From positions 3,999 to 67,998 of the forward strand of contig JBNARI010000005.1 in assembly GCA_049718765.1 (NCBI GenBank): a stretch of DNA of 64,000 nucleotides, read 5' to 3'. The DNA comes from Bacillota bacterium (GTDB lineage Bacteria; Bacillota; Sulfobacillia; DUMF01). Made by a program: the position numbers and the translations under genes. Of this stretch, positions 1 through 10,121 are shown piece by piece (positions within the stretch are counted from its first letter, which is position 1; each line of letters starts with the position of its first letter). A model generated the notes under the pieces. That model was not told where the DNA came from. It made no database searches and worked only from the letters and a program-made list of their open reading frames with translations.

Positions 1-253
1 ACATCGTACTGCCCTTGCCTTACTACCCTGGCAGCTTCCTCCACGTTGTCTGTGCTGGGCTCAAGCTCCACTTGGGAAAAGATCTCGTACTCCACCCCCT
101 CTTTCTTCATGATCGACACTACTTGCTCGGATACGCCAGCCTGTACGATACCTGGATCGCAGACCAGCAGGGCACGCTTTGTCCCCAGTCGCTTCAACTC
201 GTCGCCCAGGTTCTTGAGGGCTCCGACTCCCACATAGCAGACTCCTGGCATTA
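1..253 (-). CDS. Iron-containing alcohol dehydrogenase, N-terminal part; the gene runs off the window start
   Basis: Reverse translation from the ATG at 253 gives MTYPFVMPGVCYVGVGALKNLGDELKRLGTKRALLVCDPGIVQAG..., a typical Fe-ADH N-terminus. A GGAGG RBS sits 5 nt upstream. It lies 12 nt after the AOR stop and is absent from the ORF track because it has no stop in the window. Confidence 0.75.
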
Positions 254-265
254 CAAAGGGATAAG

Positions 266-2188
266 TCATGATCCTACCTCCTCAAACATGCAGAACTCAT
301 CAAGTCCCAGCTCAAGCAATTTCCACTTGTTAGGTACTCCCGTGTCGGGGGTCCAGCCTGCCATAGCGTAATACATGCGAACTGCCGTTTGAAATGTGTC
401 CTTATCCAAAGCGTTCTTGCCGTCAAGAGGCCCTCCCACGAAGGGACGGAAGAACAAGGATGGTAACCTGTCGTCGGCGTGGGAAATGCCATGGGTCAGG
501 TTGAAAAGCCTTGCCATTGTATTTACCCGTTCCCCTGCCTTGACCAGTTCCCAAAGGCTTGTCTCCCACCCCGTAGCAGCCTTTACCAAGTCTACCAGGT
601 AATTGATGGGAGTTACGCTTCTTGCCGCGTAACCGAAGATGCATACTCCAAGGCAGTCATACAAAGCATTGAGGAAGCTGGTGTAAAGCACCAACCTAAC
701 CTTCTTTGGGCCCAGATCCAAAGCCGGTACCGGTTCGATGATCCCAAGAGGAGCTATGGCGTGCAACCCAAGGCTGTCTTCTGCCACGAAGAACGGATCA
801 TGCTGAGCAAACCAGTGATCCGCACCGTTGGGGGCTAATGCAAACTGCAGCCCTAGTCCTGTTTTCACCCTTGGGTCGTGCATTGGTATTTCCTGATGCT
901 TTACGGTCAGCAGGAGCTCCTCAGAGCCCTTCCCCACGCGGGTAGCGAAGGCATCAGCTCCGTCGGCCAGAAACTTTCCGAAGCCCTGTCTGTGCGCAAT
1001 CTGCTCAATGAGAGGTAGAAGCACCTCTTCGTTCCCGAACTTGAGCTCCATTCCTCCAGTGTCTTCCTTGGAGATGAGCCCTTTTTCGTAACAGGCCATG
1101 GCGAATGAAATCACCATGCCAGTGGAAATCGTATCAATGGTGTATTTGTTACACAGTTCGTTGGCCTTCAGTATTAGCTTCAAGTTACTTATGCCGCAAT
1201 TGGAGCCCAAGGAGGCTAGGGTCTCGTACTCCGGTCCCCCGTACCGTCGTTCCACGTGGAGGCCATCTTCTTGCAACTCTACCACTCGTTTGCACCGGAT
1301 TGGGCAGGCGTGACACCCGCCTCGCTCCACAAGGAATTCAGACGTTAGGGCATCAGAACCAATTTGCTTCACTTCCTCAAACACGCCGGTGGACCAGTTC
1401 CGCGTGGGGAGCCAACCAGCCGCATTGTTGCTTTCCATTCCAAGGGGCGTTCCTCTATCGTGCAAAGCCCAACTTAAGGGGTGTTCTCGCCACGATTTGC
1501 CAATTGCCTGTGCAAGCTCGCCTATTTTCTGTCTGTCATGGACATCTACAGTCCGGGACCCTCGCACTGCTATGGCCTTCAAGTTCTTCGAGCCCATCAC
1601 GGCTCCCGTCCCGTTGCGGCCGTTGAAATGGGACAAATCGTTTGCAATCCCCGCGAATCTGACGAGGTTCTCTCCTCCCGGGCCAATAGCCACAATCCTC
1701 GCTCTTTCTTCGCCAACATCTTCCCTTATGAAATCCTCTGTTTCCCCGGTAGTGGCACCCCAGATCTTACTCGCATCTCTGATTTCGACTTTGTCGTCGC
1801 TAACCCAGAGGTAGACGGGGTGCTTTGCCCTGCCTGCAACCACTATTGCGTCGAAGCCACACCGTTTGAGTTCCGGTGCCCAGAACCCGCCAGCCTCGGA
1901 TTTTGCCAGCCCCCCTGTGAGTGGGGACTTCGAACACACCACATATCTTGGGGTGCAGGGAGATCCGGTACCAGCCAGTAGCCCTGCCGAGAATACCAGG
2001 ATGTTGTCGCTGGACAGTGGATCGCACTTGGCGGGCAAGAACCGTAGCAGGTAGTAAAGACCAAGCCCATATCCACCCAAATACGTTCTATAGAATTTCC
2101 CACCCGGTTCGAGTGCCTTGGCACTTCCTTCAGAAAGGTCCACCCACAAGACCTTTCCGCACATACCAGTCAGTTGCATTTGGTTCAC
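266..2188 (-). CDS. Aldehyde:ferredoxin oxidoreductase (tungsten-containing AOR family)
   Basis: 640-aa ORF with AOR-family hallmarks throughout, including the Fe-S-binding region CHACPIRC and the AOR N- and C-domains. Confidence 0.9.
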   Translation of the reverse strand: MNQMQLTGMCGKVLWVDLSEGSAKALEPGGKFYRTYLGGYGLGLYYLLRFLPAKCDPLSSDNILVFSAGLLAGTGSPCTPRYVVCSKSPLTGGLAKSEAGGFWAPELKRCGFDAIVVAGRAKHPVYLWVSDDKVEIRDASKIWGATTGETEDFIREDVGEERARIVAIGPGGENLVRFAGIANDLSHFNGRNGTGAVMGSKNLKAIAVRGSRTVDVHDRQKIGELAQAIGKSWREHPLSWALHDRGTPLGMESNNAAGWLPTRNWSTGVFEEVKQIGSDALTSEFLVERGGCHACPIRCKRVVELQEDGLHVERRYGGPEYETLASLGSNCGISNLKLILKANELCNKYTIDTISTGMVISFAMACYEKGLISKEDTGGMELKFGNEEVLLPLIEQIAHRQGFGKFLADGADAFATRVGKGSEELLLTVKHQEIPMHDPRVKTGLGLQFALAPNGADHWFAQHDPFFVAEDSLGLHAIAPLGIIEPVPALDLGPKKVRLVLYTSFLNALYDCLGVCIFGYAARSVTPINYLVDLVKAATGWETSLWELVKAGERVNTMARLFNLTHGISHADDRLPSLFFRPFVGGPLDGKNALDKDTFQTAVRMYYAMAGWTPDTGVPNKWKLLELGLDEFCMFEEVGS

Positions 2189-2227
2189 CTCTTCTGCACT
2201 TGTGTGTTAGACACAACCTTGATTCTT

Positions 2228-2488
2228 TCAGCCGCCCTCAAATGCGGGATAAATGTGAACGGTACATTCGGCAGGCAGCACACTGTCGCTAGTCACCACC
2301 TGGCCGTCGATTATTACAACCCCTACTGCACCAGACGGCAGCCCAAGGCGCCTCAGGAGATCTCCCACCGTTGTTCCCTCGGGTAAACCCTTGATCGCTA
2401 TGGTGTTGCCTTGGCGTTCTTCAAGAGCTCCAATTCGCTGCAAATACGAATGGATTGCTGGATGTAGCCATACGGTTAGACTAGCCAT
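2228..2488 (-). CDS. MoaD/ThiS-family small sulfur-carrier-like protein (start uncertain: 2488, 2536 or 2557)
   Basis: Beta-grasp-sized ORF ending in a C-terminal Gly-Gly (...HIYPAFEGG), directly upstream of AOR. The start was placed at the internal Met at 2488 because a sigma-54 promoter overlaps the upstream part of the ORF. Confidence 0.55.
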   Translation of the reverse strand: MASLTVWLHPAIHSYLQRIGALEERQGNTIAIKGLPEGTTVGDLLRRLGLPSGAVGVVIIDGQVVTSDSVLPAECTVHIYPAFEGG

Positions 2489-2535
2489 GGCACTCGCCAC
2501 TCCGTACAAGCCGGCCTCGTCAACCGCTAATTTCA

Positions 2536-2551
2536 TGCAAGATCTGTGCCT
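2536..2551 (-). promoter_or_regulatory. Sigma-54 (-24/-12) promoter for the MoaD-like/AOR/Fe-ADH transcript
   Basis: The minus strand reads AGGCAC-AGATC-TTGCA, against the consensus TGGCAC-N5-TTGCW. It lies 48 nt upstream of the proposed MoaD-like start and immediately downstream of a sigma-54 activator gene. Confidence 0.6.
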
Positions 2552-2711
2552 AAACAATCAGAACCTTCTATGCACCGGGGACTTTTCGGAAGGACAGAAC
2601 CTGTGGGTGACACAGAGAGTGGTGATGGCTCGAGAGTGTTCCAATTCGCTACAGACGTAGCGTAATAGGACAATGCTGCCTTTTCGAAGCTCGAGGTACT
2701 CCTGAAAGTCC

Positions 2712-4802
2712 TCAGTCCTTGGCAGCCTTATTCAGGTTATACCTCTTAATCTTACGATACAGTGTGGTGCGAGCAACTCCCAGTATTCTGGCTGCCTCAG
2801 AGAGATTCCCACCTGAGGCTCGAAGCGCGTTCATTATTGCTTCTACTTCCGCTCGGCTCAGTGCCCCACCACGCTGGAGGTTGGGCCCATGAGAGCCTGC
2901 GACATCCTTCAATTCGCCCAAACCAAGGGCTGTCATCACGTCTTCAACTTCTATTCTGCAACTAGCCCGGCTCATAGCAAGAATTGAGCATCTTTCTATT
3001 ACGTTTTCCAGCTCACGCACGTTTCCAGGCCACTTGTACCTGATCATGATGTCCAACGCTGGTTGAGGAATCTCTAGTTGCACTCCCAGTTGTTGCCCCA
3101 CCTTCGAGGCAAAGTGATGGGCAAGTATTGGAATGTCTTCAACTCTGGACCTTAACGGAGGTATGTTGATCGGGAACACATTGATGCGATAGTAAAGGTC
3201 TTCCCTGAAGCTGCCCTCCTGCACCTGTTGCCAAAGGTCCCTGTTTGTTGCACAGATTAGCCTCACGTTTATGGGAATCTCCCTCACGCCTCCAACCCTA
3301 ACAATTCGCTTTGACTGCAGCACGCGCATGAGCTTTGCCTGCATGTCTAAGGACATCGAGTTGACCTCATCTAGGAAGATCGTGCCACCTTCGGCCAGCT
3401 CGAATTTGCCAGGCTTGCCCCCTTTTTGGGCGCCAGTGAACGCACCCTCTTCATATCCAAACAATTCGCTTTCGATCAGCTCTCTGGGAACAGCTGCGCA
3501 GTTCAACGCCACGAAGGGACCGTTTCTGAAAGCGCTTTCGTTGTGAATTGCTTGAGCAAACAGTTCCTTGCCTGTGCCGCTCTCTCCCTGGAGCAGTATG
3601 GTAACAGGTAACTTTGCGGCTTGCCTTGCTAGATCCACTACTTTCTTGAACTGGTGACTGCGTCCAACCAAGTCATCAAAGGTAAAATATGCCTTGAACC
3701 CTGCAACATCTCTCACGAACCTGCGGGCATCGTCAAAATGCTTCAAGATACCTATGACGCCGCGCAGACCTTGGCTACTCATGACTGGTTCGAACGAACC
3801 CACGAACATGCGGTGTCCTTCCTTGACGCGCAAGGATATTTGCTGATTGGTTATCCGAACCCCCGTTCTCAGCACTTCTCTGAAGGGGTTGCTTTCCCCA
3901 AGGAGGCTATCGATCGGTTTCCCCAGCACCTCCCTGGGTTCAATGCCAAGGAAACGGGCTGCTGATCTGTTGAGAGTGGTAATTCGCCCTAGCGGGTCTA
4001 CCACCAAGAGACCGTCAGATACAGCGTGAATTACGTTATTCAAGTATTCATTTGATTCTTCAAGAGCGGCAATAAGCTGCCGTTGTTGCAGGCTTTGTTC
4101 AATCGCTTTGCCAATGGCAATTACCATTCCCAGCGTATGTTTGTGCATCAGTTTGTAATGACCAGCCATATTGATTACGCCTATGAAATTGCCCTGAGGG
4201 TCGAAAACTGGAGTGGCCGAACACGTCCAGTGGTGCAATGCCTTGGCATAGTGCTCAGGCCCCACAAGCTGTACAGGTTTCATTAGATGGGCTGCCAGAT
4301 TAATGGCGTTTGTTCCAGAGCAGTCCTCACTCCTACTCACACCAGGTGCGGAACCCCGCGCTGCTGCCTCCTGCAGAGTTTTTTCATCGCCGAATTGGGC
4401 AAGTAGAAACAGGTCCTTGTCGAACAGATCTACCCTGAAGCCTGAGCCGCTTATGCTCTCCACAAGAGTTTGAAGGAACGGAGTGGCGGTTTCTATCAAG
4501 AGCCTGTTGCGCTGCCTCCGTTCAGCAAGCTCTCTTGGACTCAGGCAGAAGCTTACGCGGGAACCGGGGTCAAGACCCCGCGCTTTGCACCGTTTCCAGG
4601 ACTCCAATACTTGTCTTGGCACAGCGGTTTCGTCCGAAACTGAGCCGGTACGCTGAAATTCCTCCCAAGCGCGTTTGGTGCGTTCGACCCTGAGTTCCAG
4701 CTTGCGGTATTCATCCAAGTACCATGCGTCAATTCTCGCCAGTGAGTCAGTGGCTGCAGCCAAATTGTCTGCAGCTTTGTGTGCGGATAGCCCTTGATTC
4801 AT
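2712..4802 (-). CDS. Sigma-54-dependent transcriptional activator (AcoR-like: GAF/PAS sensor, AAA+ sigma-54 interaction domain, Fis-type HTH)
   Basis: Contains GESGTGKE (Walker A), a GAFTGA-like loop (EEGAFTGAQKGGKPGKFE) and a C-terminal HTH (LSEAARILGVARTTLYRKIKRY). The start was chosen at the Met that has a GGGGGAA RBS, at 4802; the longest ORF extends to 4871. Confidence 0.85.
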   Translation of the reverse strand: MNQGLSAHKAADNLAAATDSLARIDAWYLDEYRKLELRVERTKRAWEEFQRTGSVSDETAVPRQVLESWKRCKARGLDPGSRVSFCLSPRELAERRQRNRLLIETATPFLQTLVESISGSGFRVDLFDKDLFLLAQFGDEKTLQEAAARGSAPGVSRSEDCSGTNAINLAAHLMKPVQLVGPEHYAKALHHWTCSATPVFDPQGNFIGVINMAGHYKLMHKHTLGMVIAIGKAIEQSLQQRQLIAALEESNEYLNNVIHAVSDGLLVVDPLGRITTLNRSAARFLGIEPREVLGKPIDSLLGESNPFREVLRTGVRITNQQISLRVKEGHRMFVGSFEPVMSSQGLRGVIGILKHFDDARRFVRDVAGFKAYFTFDDLVGRSHQFKKVVDLARQAAKLPVTILLQGESGTGKELFAQAIHNESAFRNGPFVALNCAAVPRELIESELFGYEEGAFTGAQKGGKPGKFELAEGGTIFLDEVNSMSLDMQAKLMRVLQSKRIVRVGGVREIPINVRLICATNRDLWQQVQEGSFREDLYYRINVFPINIPPLRSRVEDIPILAHHFASKVGQQLGVQLEIPQPALDIMIRYKWPGNVRELENVIERCSILAMSRASCRIEVEDVMTALGLGELKDVAGSHGPNLQRGGALSRAEVEAIMNALRASGGNLSEAARILGVARTTLYRKIKRYNLNKAAKD

Positions 4803-4946
4803 GTGGATTCCCCCAATACGCTTGGTTTCCACAAACGCCCTTTTGGGGTCAACCGCTGTTTGTCTTTCCATAACATTTCTACATCGCCTGCAGTAATCCT
4901 TTATCCTCGAAACCCCGTATGTTACTCTCTAAACGAGGGTGATAAC

Positions 4947-5549
4947 TTGGCTAAACTCAGCAGCAGGCAACAGCAAATAGTTGACTACATTAGGGAAAGC
5001 ATGGCTAAGCGCGGTTACCCGCCTTCAGTGCGGGAGATCTGCCGAGCCGTCGGACTTAAGTCCACATCAGCAGTGCACGCCCAGCTGAAAAGACTCGAAG
5101 CCATGGGGGTCCTGGTGCGGGACCGCTGGACCAAGAGGGCCATTCGCCTTGTTGAAGATGAAGGAGTCTCAAACTTGATTCCCCTCGTTGGGAAAGTAAC
5201 TGCAGGTTCCCCCGTGCTTGCAGTGGAAAACATCGAAGGTTACATGCCAGTCCCACGGGAACTGGGAGAAGCAGGTTCCCACTTCTTGCTCAGGGTCAAA
5301 GGAGATAGCATGGTCGGGGCGGGAATCATGGATGGAGACGTTCTGGTAGTGAGGCAACAGGATCACTGCCAAAGCGGGGACATCGCTGTAGTGCTCCTTG
5401 GGGATGAGGCAACTGTGAAGAGGGTAGTGTTCGACTCAGGCAGGGTGATCCTCCAACCGGAAAACCCAGCCTACGAAAAGATCGTTGTGTCCCCTGACCA
5501 GCAGTTCAAGGTGCTTGGCAAGGTGACCGGCTTGTTCAGGAAACTATAA
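4947..5549 (+). CDS. lexA: LexA repressor
   Basis: N-terminal winged HTH and the S24 peptidase motifs (KGDSM, cleavage-site region VAGSP...). A TTG start is preceded by a GAGGGTGA Shine-Dalgarno. The track ORF 4794..5549 carries an unlikely long N-terminal extension. Confidence 0.85.
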   Translation: MAKLSSRQQQIVDYIRESMAKRGYPPSVREICRAVGLKSTSAVHAQLKRLEAMGVLVRDRWTKRAIRLVEDEGVSNLIPLVGKVTAGSPVLAVENIEGYMPVPRELGEAGSHFLLRVKGDSMVGAGIMDGDVLVVRQQDHCQSGDIAVVLLGDEATVKRVVFDSGRVILQPENPAYEKIVVSPDQQFKVLGKVTGLFRKL

Positions 5550-6795
5550 CCTTGGCTGCTGCAATCACAGCCCAAATCCCGTGAGCGGCGCTGAGACCGC
5601 CCTGCAAGTACACTTCGTATGGCGCCATGACAGGGGCGTCTGCACTGAACTCTATGGAGCTTCCCTGCACGAAGGTGCCGGCGGCCATTGCCACCTCATG
5701 CTGGTATCCCGGCATTAGCCAGGGTTCAGGAGCAACGTGGGAGTCCACAGGCGATCGCGCCTGGACCTCGCGGAGAAACGCCAGCAACCGCTCCCTTGCC
5801 CCGAGCCCTATTGCCTGAATGATGTCTCCCCTGGGCTCGTCGAACTTTGGCCTCACTGGGAATCCCAGTAACTCGAACAACCTAGCACTGAAACACGCAG
5901 TGATTAAAGCCTGGCCAACGCACTGTGGTGCAATCCACAGGCCTTGATAAAAGTGCCTGTATCCAATGGGCGAAGGCCCCAAGTCCCTAGACCCAGGCAC
6001 AACTAGCCTGGCGGCAACTAGCTGTATCAATTCCTCCCTACCCACTATGTACCCGCCCGTCGGGGCAAGACCACCCCCAGGGTTCTTTATCAGGGAGCCA
6101 GCTACGAGGTCGGCGCCAACGTGGCTGGGTTCGAGCTCTTCCACGAACTCACCGTAGCAGTTGTCCACAATACAAACGGTCTTCTGGTTGACCCCCTTGA
6201 CCACACTGACCAGCCGGGCAATCTGGGCTACTGAAAGCGCGCGGCGCTGGCTGTATCCCCCAGACCTCTGGATAAACACTGCAGCCGCTCCAGACTCAAC
6301 TGCCCTCACCAGTTCCTCTTCGCCCCGCGCTTCACAGTAGCGCACACCGTAATCTGCAAGGCTGCCCCTCTGCCCGGTTAGCCCGATCACGCTTTTCACT
6401 GTTTCATATGGCTCGCCAAGTGCGCTAACCAGCAGATCTCCTGGACGACACACAGCGCCAAGGCATAACCCAATAGCATGAGTACCGGACACTATTTGGG
6501 GGCGCACCAGGGCAGCTTCTCCTCCAAAGGCGTCTGCCCAAACGGCCTCGAGCACTTCACGGCCCCTGTCTCCATACCCATAGCCCGTGGTAGGTGCAAA
6601 ATGTTCCGAACTTAGCCTGTGACGTTTAAACAGCTGGGTTATGCGAACCTGCCATTTTGCTGCCGTTGCTGTAATAGCTGAGACCACGGGTTGTACGTCT
6701 CTAGCAGCCTGGATAGCTGCCGCCCCAACAGTGGAATCCGGCCTAATTCCCAGCTCCTCAAGTAGAGTCCCTACCAGTTCTTCCACGAGATACAC
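5536..6795 (-). CDS. YnbB-family PLP-dependent enzyme (Cys/Met-metabolism PLP family, 'aluminium resistance protein' type)
   Basis: 419-aa ORF with a PLP fold-type I pattern similar to YnbB and methionine gamma-lyase-like proteins. Confidence 0.65.
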   Translation of the reverse strand: MYLVEELVGTLLEELGIRPDSTVGAAAIQAARDVQPVVSAITATAAKWQVRITQLFKRHRLSSEHFAPTTGYGYGDRGREVLEAVWADAFGGEAALVRPQIVSGTHAIGLCLGAVCRPGDLLVSALGEPYETVKSVIGLTGQRGSLADYGVRYCEARGEEELVRAVESGAAAVFIQRSGGYSQRRALSVAQIARLVSVVKGVNQKTVCIVDNCYGEFVEELEPSHVGADLVAGSLIKNPGGGLAPTGGYIVGREELIQLVAARLVVPGSRDLGPSPIGYRHFYQGLWIAPQCVGQALITACFSARLFELLGFPVRPKFDEPRGDIIQAIGLGARERLLAFLREVQARSPVDSHVAPEPWLMPGYQHEVAMAAGTFVQGSSIEFSADAPVMAPYEVYLQGGLSAAHGIWAVIAAAKVIVS

Positions 6796-6941
6796 CCTTC
6801 ACAAAAAAGAATTGGCCCTATGAGTGTGGCCTGCAAGGCACCTTTGGCACTGACCCGACACTTGCCTTGCGCCCTAAGTATGTGTATCTAACCCGAGCTT
6901 GGAGGGGCTGGTCCCAGACAGCTCCGTCCCCTCAGCCTGAG

Positions 6942-7970
6942 TCATATTGCGCGAATCTCCTGCCTCATGAACAGCACGTAAGAAGCTGCAAAGCAAAGCA
7001 GAGTAGCTGCAATCAAGCCTGTCACGTCCGGCCAGATCAAGAGCAGACTCTGACTGAGAGGCAACGGACCAGGAATTGCGCCCTCAAGCTGCTCGACAAG
7101 TATTGGGCCCAGGGCCCTCATGTGTGGGCTGAGCAACGTGGATGTGGCTTCGTAGTACAGGGTAGTAGGAGATAACCTGGAGAGAGCCATTTCTATTCTC
7201 TGGTGACGCAGCAACTCAAGCGCCGTCGGCTCAGACGGCAGCGGAACAACTGCATCAGCCACAAGCCCTGCAAGGAGCCTAGCAAACACGGTGAAGAAAA
7301 GCCAAGTTGCCATTCCAGCCAGCGCAGACGTGGCCGCCTGTCTGAAAACTATGGAGAACATGATTGAGACGCTAAGCCAGAAGGCTACATAAACAATCGT
7401 AAGCAGCACAAAGCAGACTACCCGCAGTATCTCTTCGCTGGAAGGCGGGATTCCAATTAGCTCTATGCCGAGCCCCGATACAAGCAACGTGAGAGCCACC
7501 AACGCAAGGCTTATCGCGCAAAGAGCTGCAAGGAACTTGCCGTTTATAACTGAGTCACGGTGGATAGGTTGTGAGAGGATGCGGCTCAAAGTACCCCGTG
7601 TCTGTTCGCCGTTGACAGAGTCGAAGCCAAGGGCAAGCCCCAGCAAGGGTCCCAAGAAGCCGAGGAAACTCAAGAACGAAGGAAGTGACCCTCCAGACGT
7701 GCTGAACAGCAGCAGGAATACAAATCCCTTCTCTACCGCCTCCATGGCCGACTCCCTGATGGTAGAAGCAGCCACGTACACGGCTGATAACCCAGTGACA
7801 GCCACCAAGCCAAGTAAGATCAACAAGCGCTTGCCCCCAAGGTGGTCGGCCAGCTCCTTGTGGGTTACAGCTCCAAGTCCACTGGCCCAGGCTGACGTGA
7901 CTTTGTTGATCCAGCTATTGTGCAAGGCCGCTTTGCCGCCTGCCCGAACACTCATTTCATGCGCATGCAT
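6942..7970 (-). CDS. ABC-2 family transporter permease
   Basis: 342 aa with six predicted TM helices, immediately downstream of the ABC ATPase. Confidence 0.7.
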   Translation of the reverse strand: MHAHEMSVRAGGKAALHNSWINKVTSAWASGLGAVTHKELADHLGGKRLLILLGLVAVTGLSAVYVAASTIRESAMEAVEKGFVFLLLFSTSGGSLPSFLSFLGFLGPLLGLALGFDSVNGEQTRGTLSRILSQPIHRDSVINGKFLAALCAISLALVALTLLVSGLGIELIGIPPSSEEILRVVCFVLLTIVYVAFWLSVSIMFSIVFRQAATSALAGMATWLFFTVFARLLAGLVADAVVPLPSEPTALELLRHQRIEMALSRLSPTTLYYEATSTLLSPHMRALGPILVEQLEGAIPGPLPLSQSLLLIWPDVTGLIAATLLCFAASYVLFMRQEIRAI

Positions 7971-7974
7971 GCCT

Positions 7975-8943
7975 TCAACCAGCCCTCCGATGGGTTTGCT
8001 CCTCGGCAGTCAAGAAATATCGCCGGTAGATCTCGTCGAGGCTCCGGCCCCTGACAGCCAAATGGAGGAGTGACGCTCCTGATTGGTATATGACTTTGGC
8101 CACCTCTCCCCTTGCATCGCTCATGCAGTGGAGAAGCAGGGTATCCCCAGCCTGTTCCACAGCGTCCACCCCAGCTATTCCTTTTAGGTTACGGATCAAC
8201 TCTTCAGTTGTGGGCTGAGCGCGCACCTCCAGAACGTAGGGTTCGTCTTTGAACAGCTGGGACGACAATTCCTCCACGCGCCCAAGCGCCACTATCTTTC
8301 CTCTCACGAAAATCCCCACTCGATCACACACTTGCTGCACTTGATGGAGCAAGTGTGAAGCAAGAAGCACCGTAACCTTCTCCTCTTTGCTCAGCTGGGT
8401 GATGAACTGAAGCATTTGCCTGACGCCCTCTGGGTCTATGCCCAGAGTTGGTTCATCAAGTATAACGATCCTCGGCTTCTTCACCAGTGCGTCGGCAAGA
8501 CCAAGGCGCTGGAGCATCCCTCTGGAGTATCCACCCGCCTTGCGGTCTGCCACTTCTGCCAAACCAACTCGCTCAAGTAACTCCTTCACCCGCTCCTCAG
8601 CCTGTTTGCGAGGGATACCGTTCAAGGCGGCAGTGTAAAGTAGGTTCTCCCTCCCGGTGAGGTCCTCGTAGAACCCTACTCTGTCTGGGAGGTAGCCGAC
8701 AACCTTCTTGACCCCAAGAGGATCCCTCGTGGGGTCCAACCCGACCACTTGCACCGAACCTTCCGAGGGCTCGGTGAGGCCTAGCAGCATCAAAATGGTG
8801 GTAGTCTTCCCAGCACCGTTTGGCCCGAGAAGGCCAAAGGTTTCTCCCTCGTAAATCTCCAAGTTGAGCCGGTCCACGGCCACAAAGGACCCATACCTCT
8901 TCACTAGGTCCCGGGTTCTGATTACCACGTTTCCCTGGTTCAT
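7975..8943 (-). CDS. ABC transporter ATP-binding protein (ABC-2/CcmA type)
   Basis: Walker [10 protein letters not shown], signature LSGGMQ-like ([12 protein letters not shown]) and Walker B ILDEPT. The start was taken at [18 protein letters not shown], which removes the apparent overlap with the upstream gene. Confidence 0.85.
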   Translation of the reverse strand: MNQGNVVIRTRDLVKRYGSFVAVDRLNLEIYEGETFGLLGPNGAGKTTTILMLLGLTEPSEGSVQVVGLDPTRDPLGVKKVVGYLPDRVGFYEDLTGRENLLYTAALNGIPRKQAEERVKELLERVGLAEVADRKAGGYSRGMLQRLGLADALVKKPRIVILDEPTLGIDPEGVRQMLQFITQLSKEEKVTVLLASHLLHQVQQVCDRVGIFVRGKIVALGRVEELSSQLFKDEPYVLEVRAQPTTEELIRNLKGIAGVDAVEQAGDTLLLHCMSDARGEVAKVIYQSGASLLHLAVRGRSLDEIYRRYFLTAEEQTHRRAG

Positions 8944-8945
8944 GG

Positions 8946-10121
8946 TTATCTCCGCCCGTATGTCTCGAATACCTTGTACACGCCGAGCACCACAACAAGG
9001 ACTATCCCGGCGCCCACAAGGCCCCATAACGTGGACACATGCACAGTCACGCGAAGTTCGGCGCTGTCGTACGCTTCAGGCGAGCTCACCGAAATTGAGG
9101 TCACGTAGTCGCCAGCAATGGCGCGACTGTCTGGCCGTATCTTGGCCACTACCTCTCGGGACTGCCCTGCAGGCAACACGTCAATCCTGTTGGGCTCAAA
9201 GGTAACCGCCCAGTTGCTGGGCGCACTTGAGGATAGGGTGAGGTCCCGCAAATCAGCGCTCCCCACGTTCTTGACAAGCAAGGTAACCGGACTTTCCCGG
9301 CCTGCCTCCGCCTTTGCGTTGAGCCTGCCGCTGGGAGTGGTAAGCTCCACCCCGTATGAACCCATTATGATGACTTTCAGCTCAGTTTGGGCCGACGTCT
9401 TGGCCGCAGTGGCAGCTACTTGAATCGGATACTCCCCAGCCTTTACCTGCCGTGGCGGCCTAACGTTAACCGTAATGCCCTCAGTGGTGTTCCCCTTGAC
9501 CGAAATCGAGGCTATCTGCTTGTCCTGATATGAGGGTTTAAAGGTGACCTGCCAACCCTGAGGCGCGTTGGCTGAGAGGCTATACATTTGGTCCTCCGTG
9601 CTATCGTTGACGAGGGTTATCCGAAACTCGTATTCAGCTTCGCTTGGACCACGCAGCACAGGATAGTCCACAACGAATCTGGTAGCTGATGGCGCCTGCG
9701 GGTCTATCTTGACCTCCAAGGGTAATAAGGCGTAATTCCCTCCCGAAGTTGCCCTCACGCTCAGCTTGTATGTTGCGGGTTTGACGTTTAAGGGCACTTT
9801 TGTTTCGAGAGTGAACGGCACAGATTCCCCAGGCAGCACCAGCACCTGGTGTACCTGTCGCCCTCCGCCTTTGATCACACTTTGCCAACCTTCCGGCGAG
9901 GAAGCAACTGTGAGTGACACCAAGCAAGGCGTGTCAAGAGTGTTTTTTACGTCTATGGAAAAGCTCACCACGTCTCCGGGCTTAGAGGTCACCCCCGGAT
10001 ACGGCGTAAACAGCACAAGCCCAGACTGAGCCAGCACAGCTCTGGGAGAGAGCAAACTCGTAACCAACAGTGCAACCATAGATGCCATCACAAGCACGTG
10101 TCTCGAGCGCGGTGCACGCAT
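8946..10121 (-). CDS. Secreted, membrane-anchored COG1470/NEW3-like three-repeat protein associated with the ABC-2 transporter
   Basis: Has an N-terminal signal peptide, three roughly 100-aa repeats with a beta-sandwich-like composition (...[22 protein letters not shown]..., ...[22 protein letters not shown]...) and a C-terminal TM helix. Confidence 0.6.
   Translation of the reverse strand: MRAPRSRHVLVMASMVALLVTSLLSPRAVLAQSGLVLFTPYPGVTSKPGDVVSFSIDVKNTLDTPCLVSLTVASSPEGWQSVIKGGGRQVHQVLVLPGESVPFTLETKVPLNVKPATYKLSVRATSGGNYALLPLEVKIDPQAPSATRFVVDYPVLRGPSEAEYEFRITLVNDSTEDQMYSLSANAPQGWQVTFKPSYQDKQIASISVKGNTTEGITVNVRPPRQVKAGEYPIQVAATAAKTSAQTELKVIIMGSYGVELTTPSGRLNAKAEAGRESPVTLLVKNVGSADLRDLTLSSSAPSNWAVTFEPNRIDVLPAGQSREVVAKIRPDSRAIAGDYVTSISVSSPEAYDSAELRVTVHVSTLWGLVGAGIVLVVVLGVYKVFETYGRR

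Noticed and set aside
2640-2690. Second sigma-54-like candidate (aaGGCAgcattgtcc) nearer the activator gene
   Set aside because: The spacing between the GG and GC elements does not fit the -24/-12 geometry. The 2536..2551 site fits far better.
8597-8998. 133-aa minus-strand ORF overlapping the ABC ATPase
   Set aside because: It is an alternative frame of a well-supported ABC ATPase gene, with an Arg/Gly-rich low-complexity translation.
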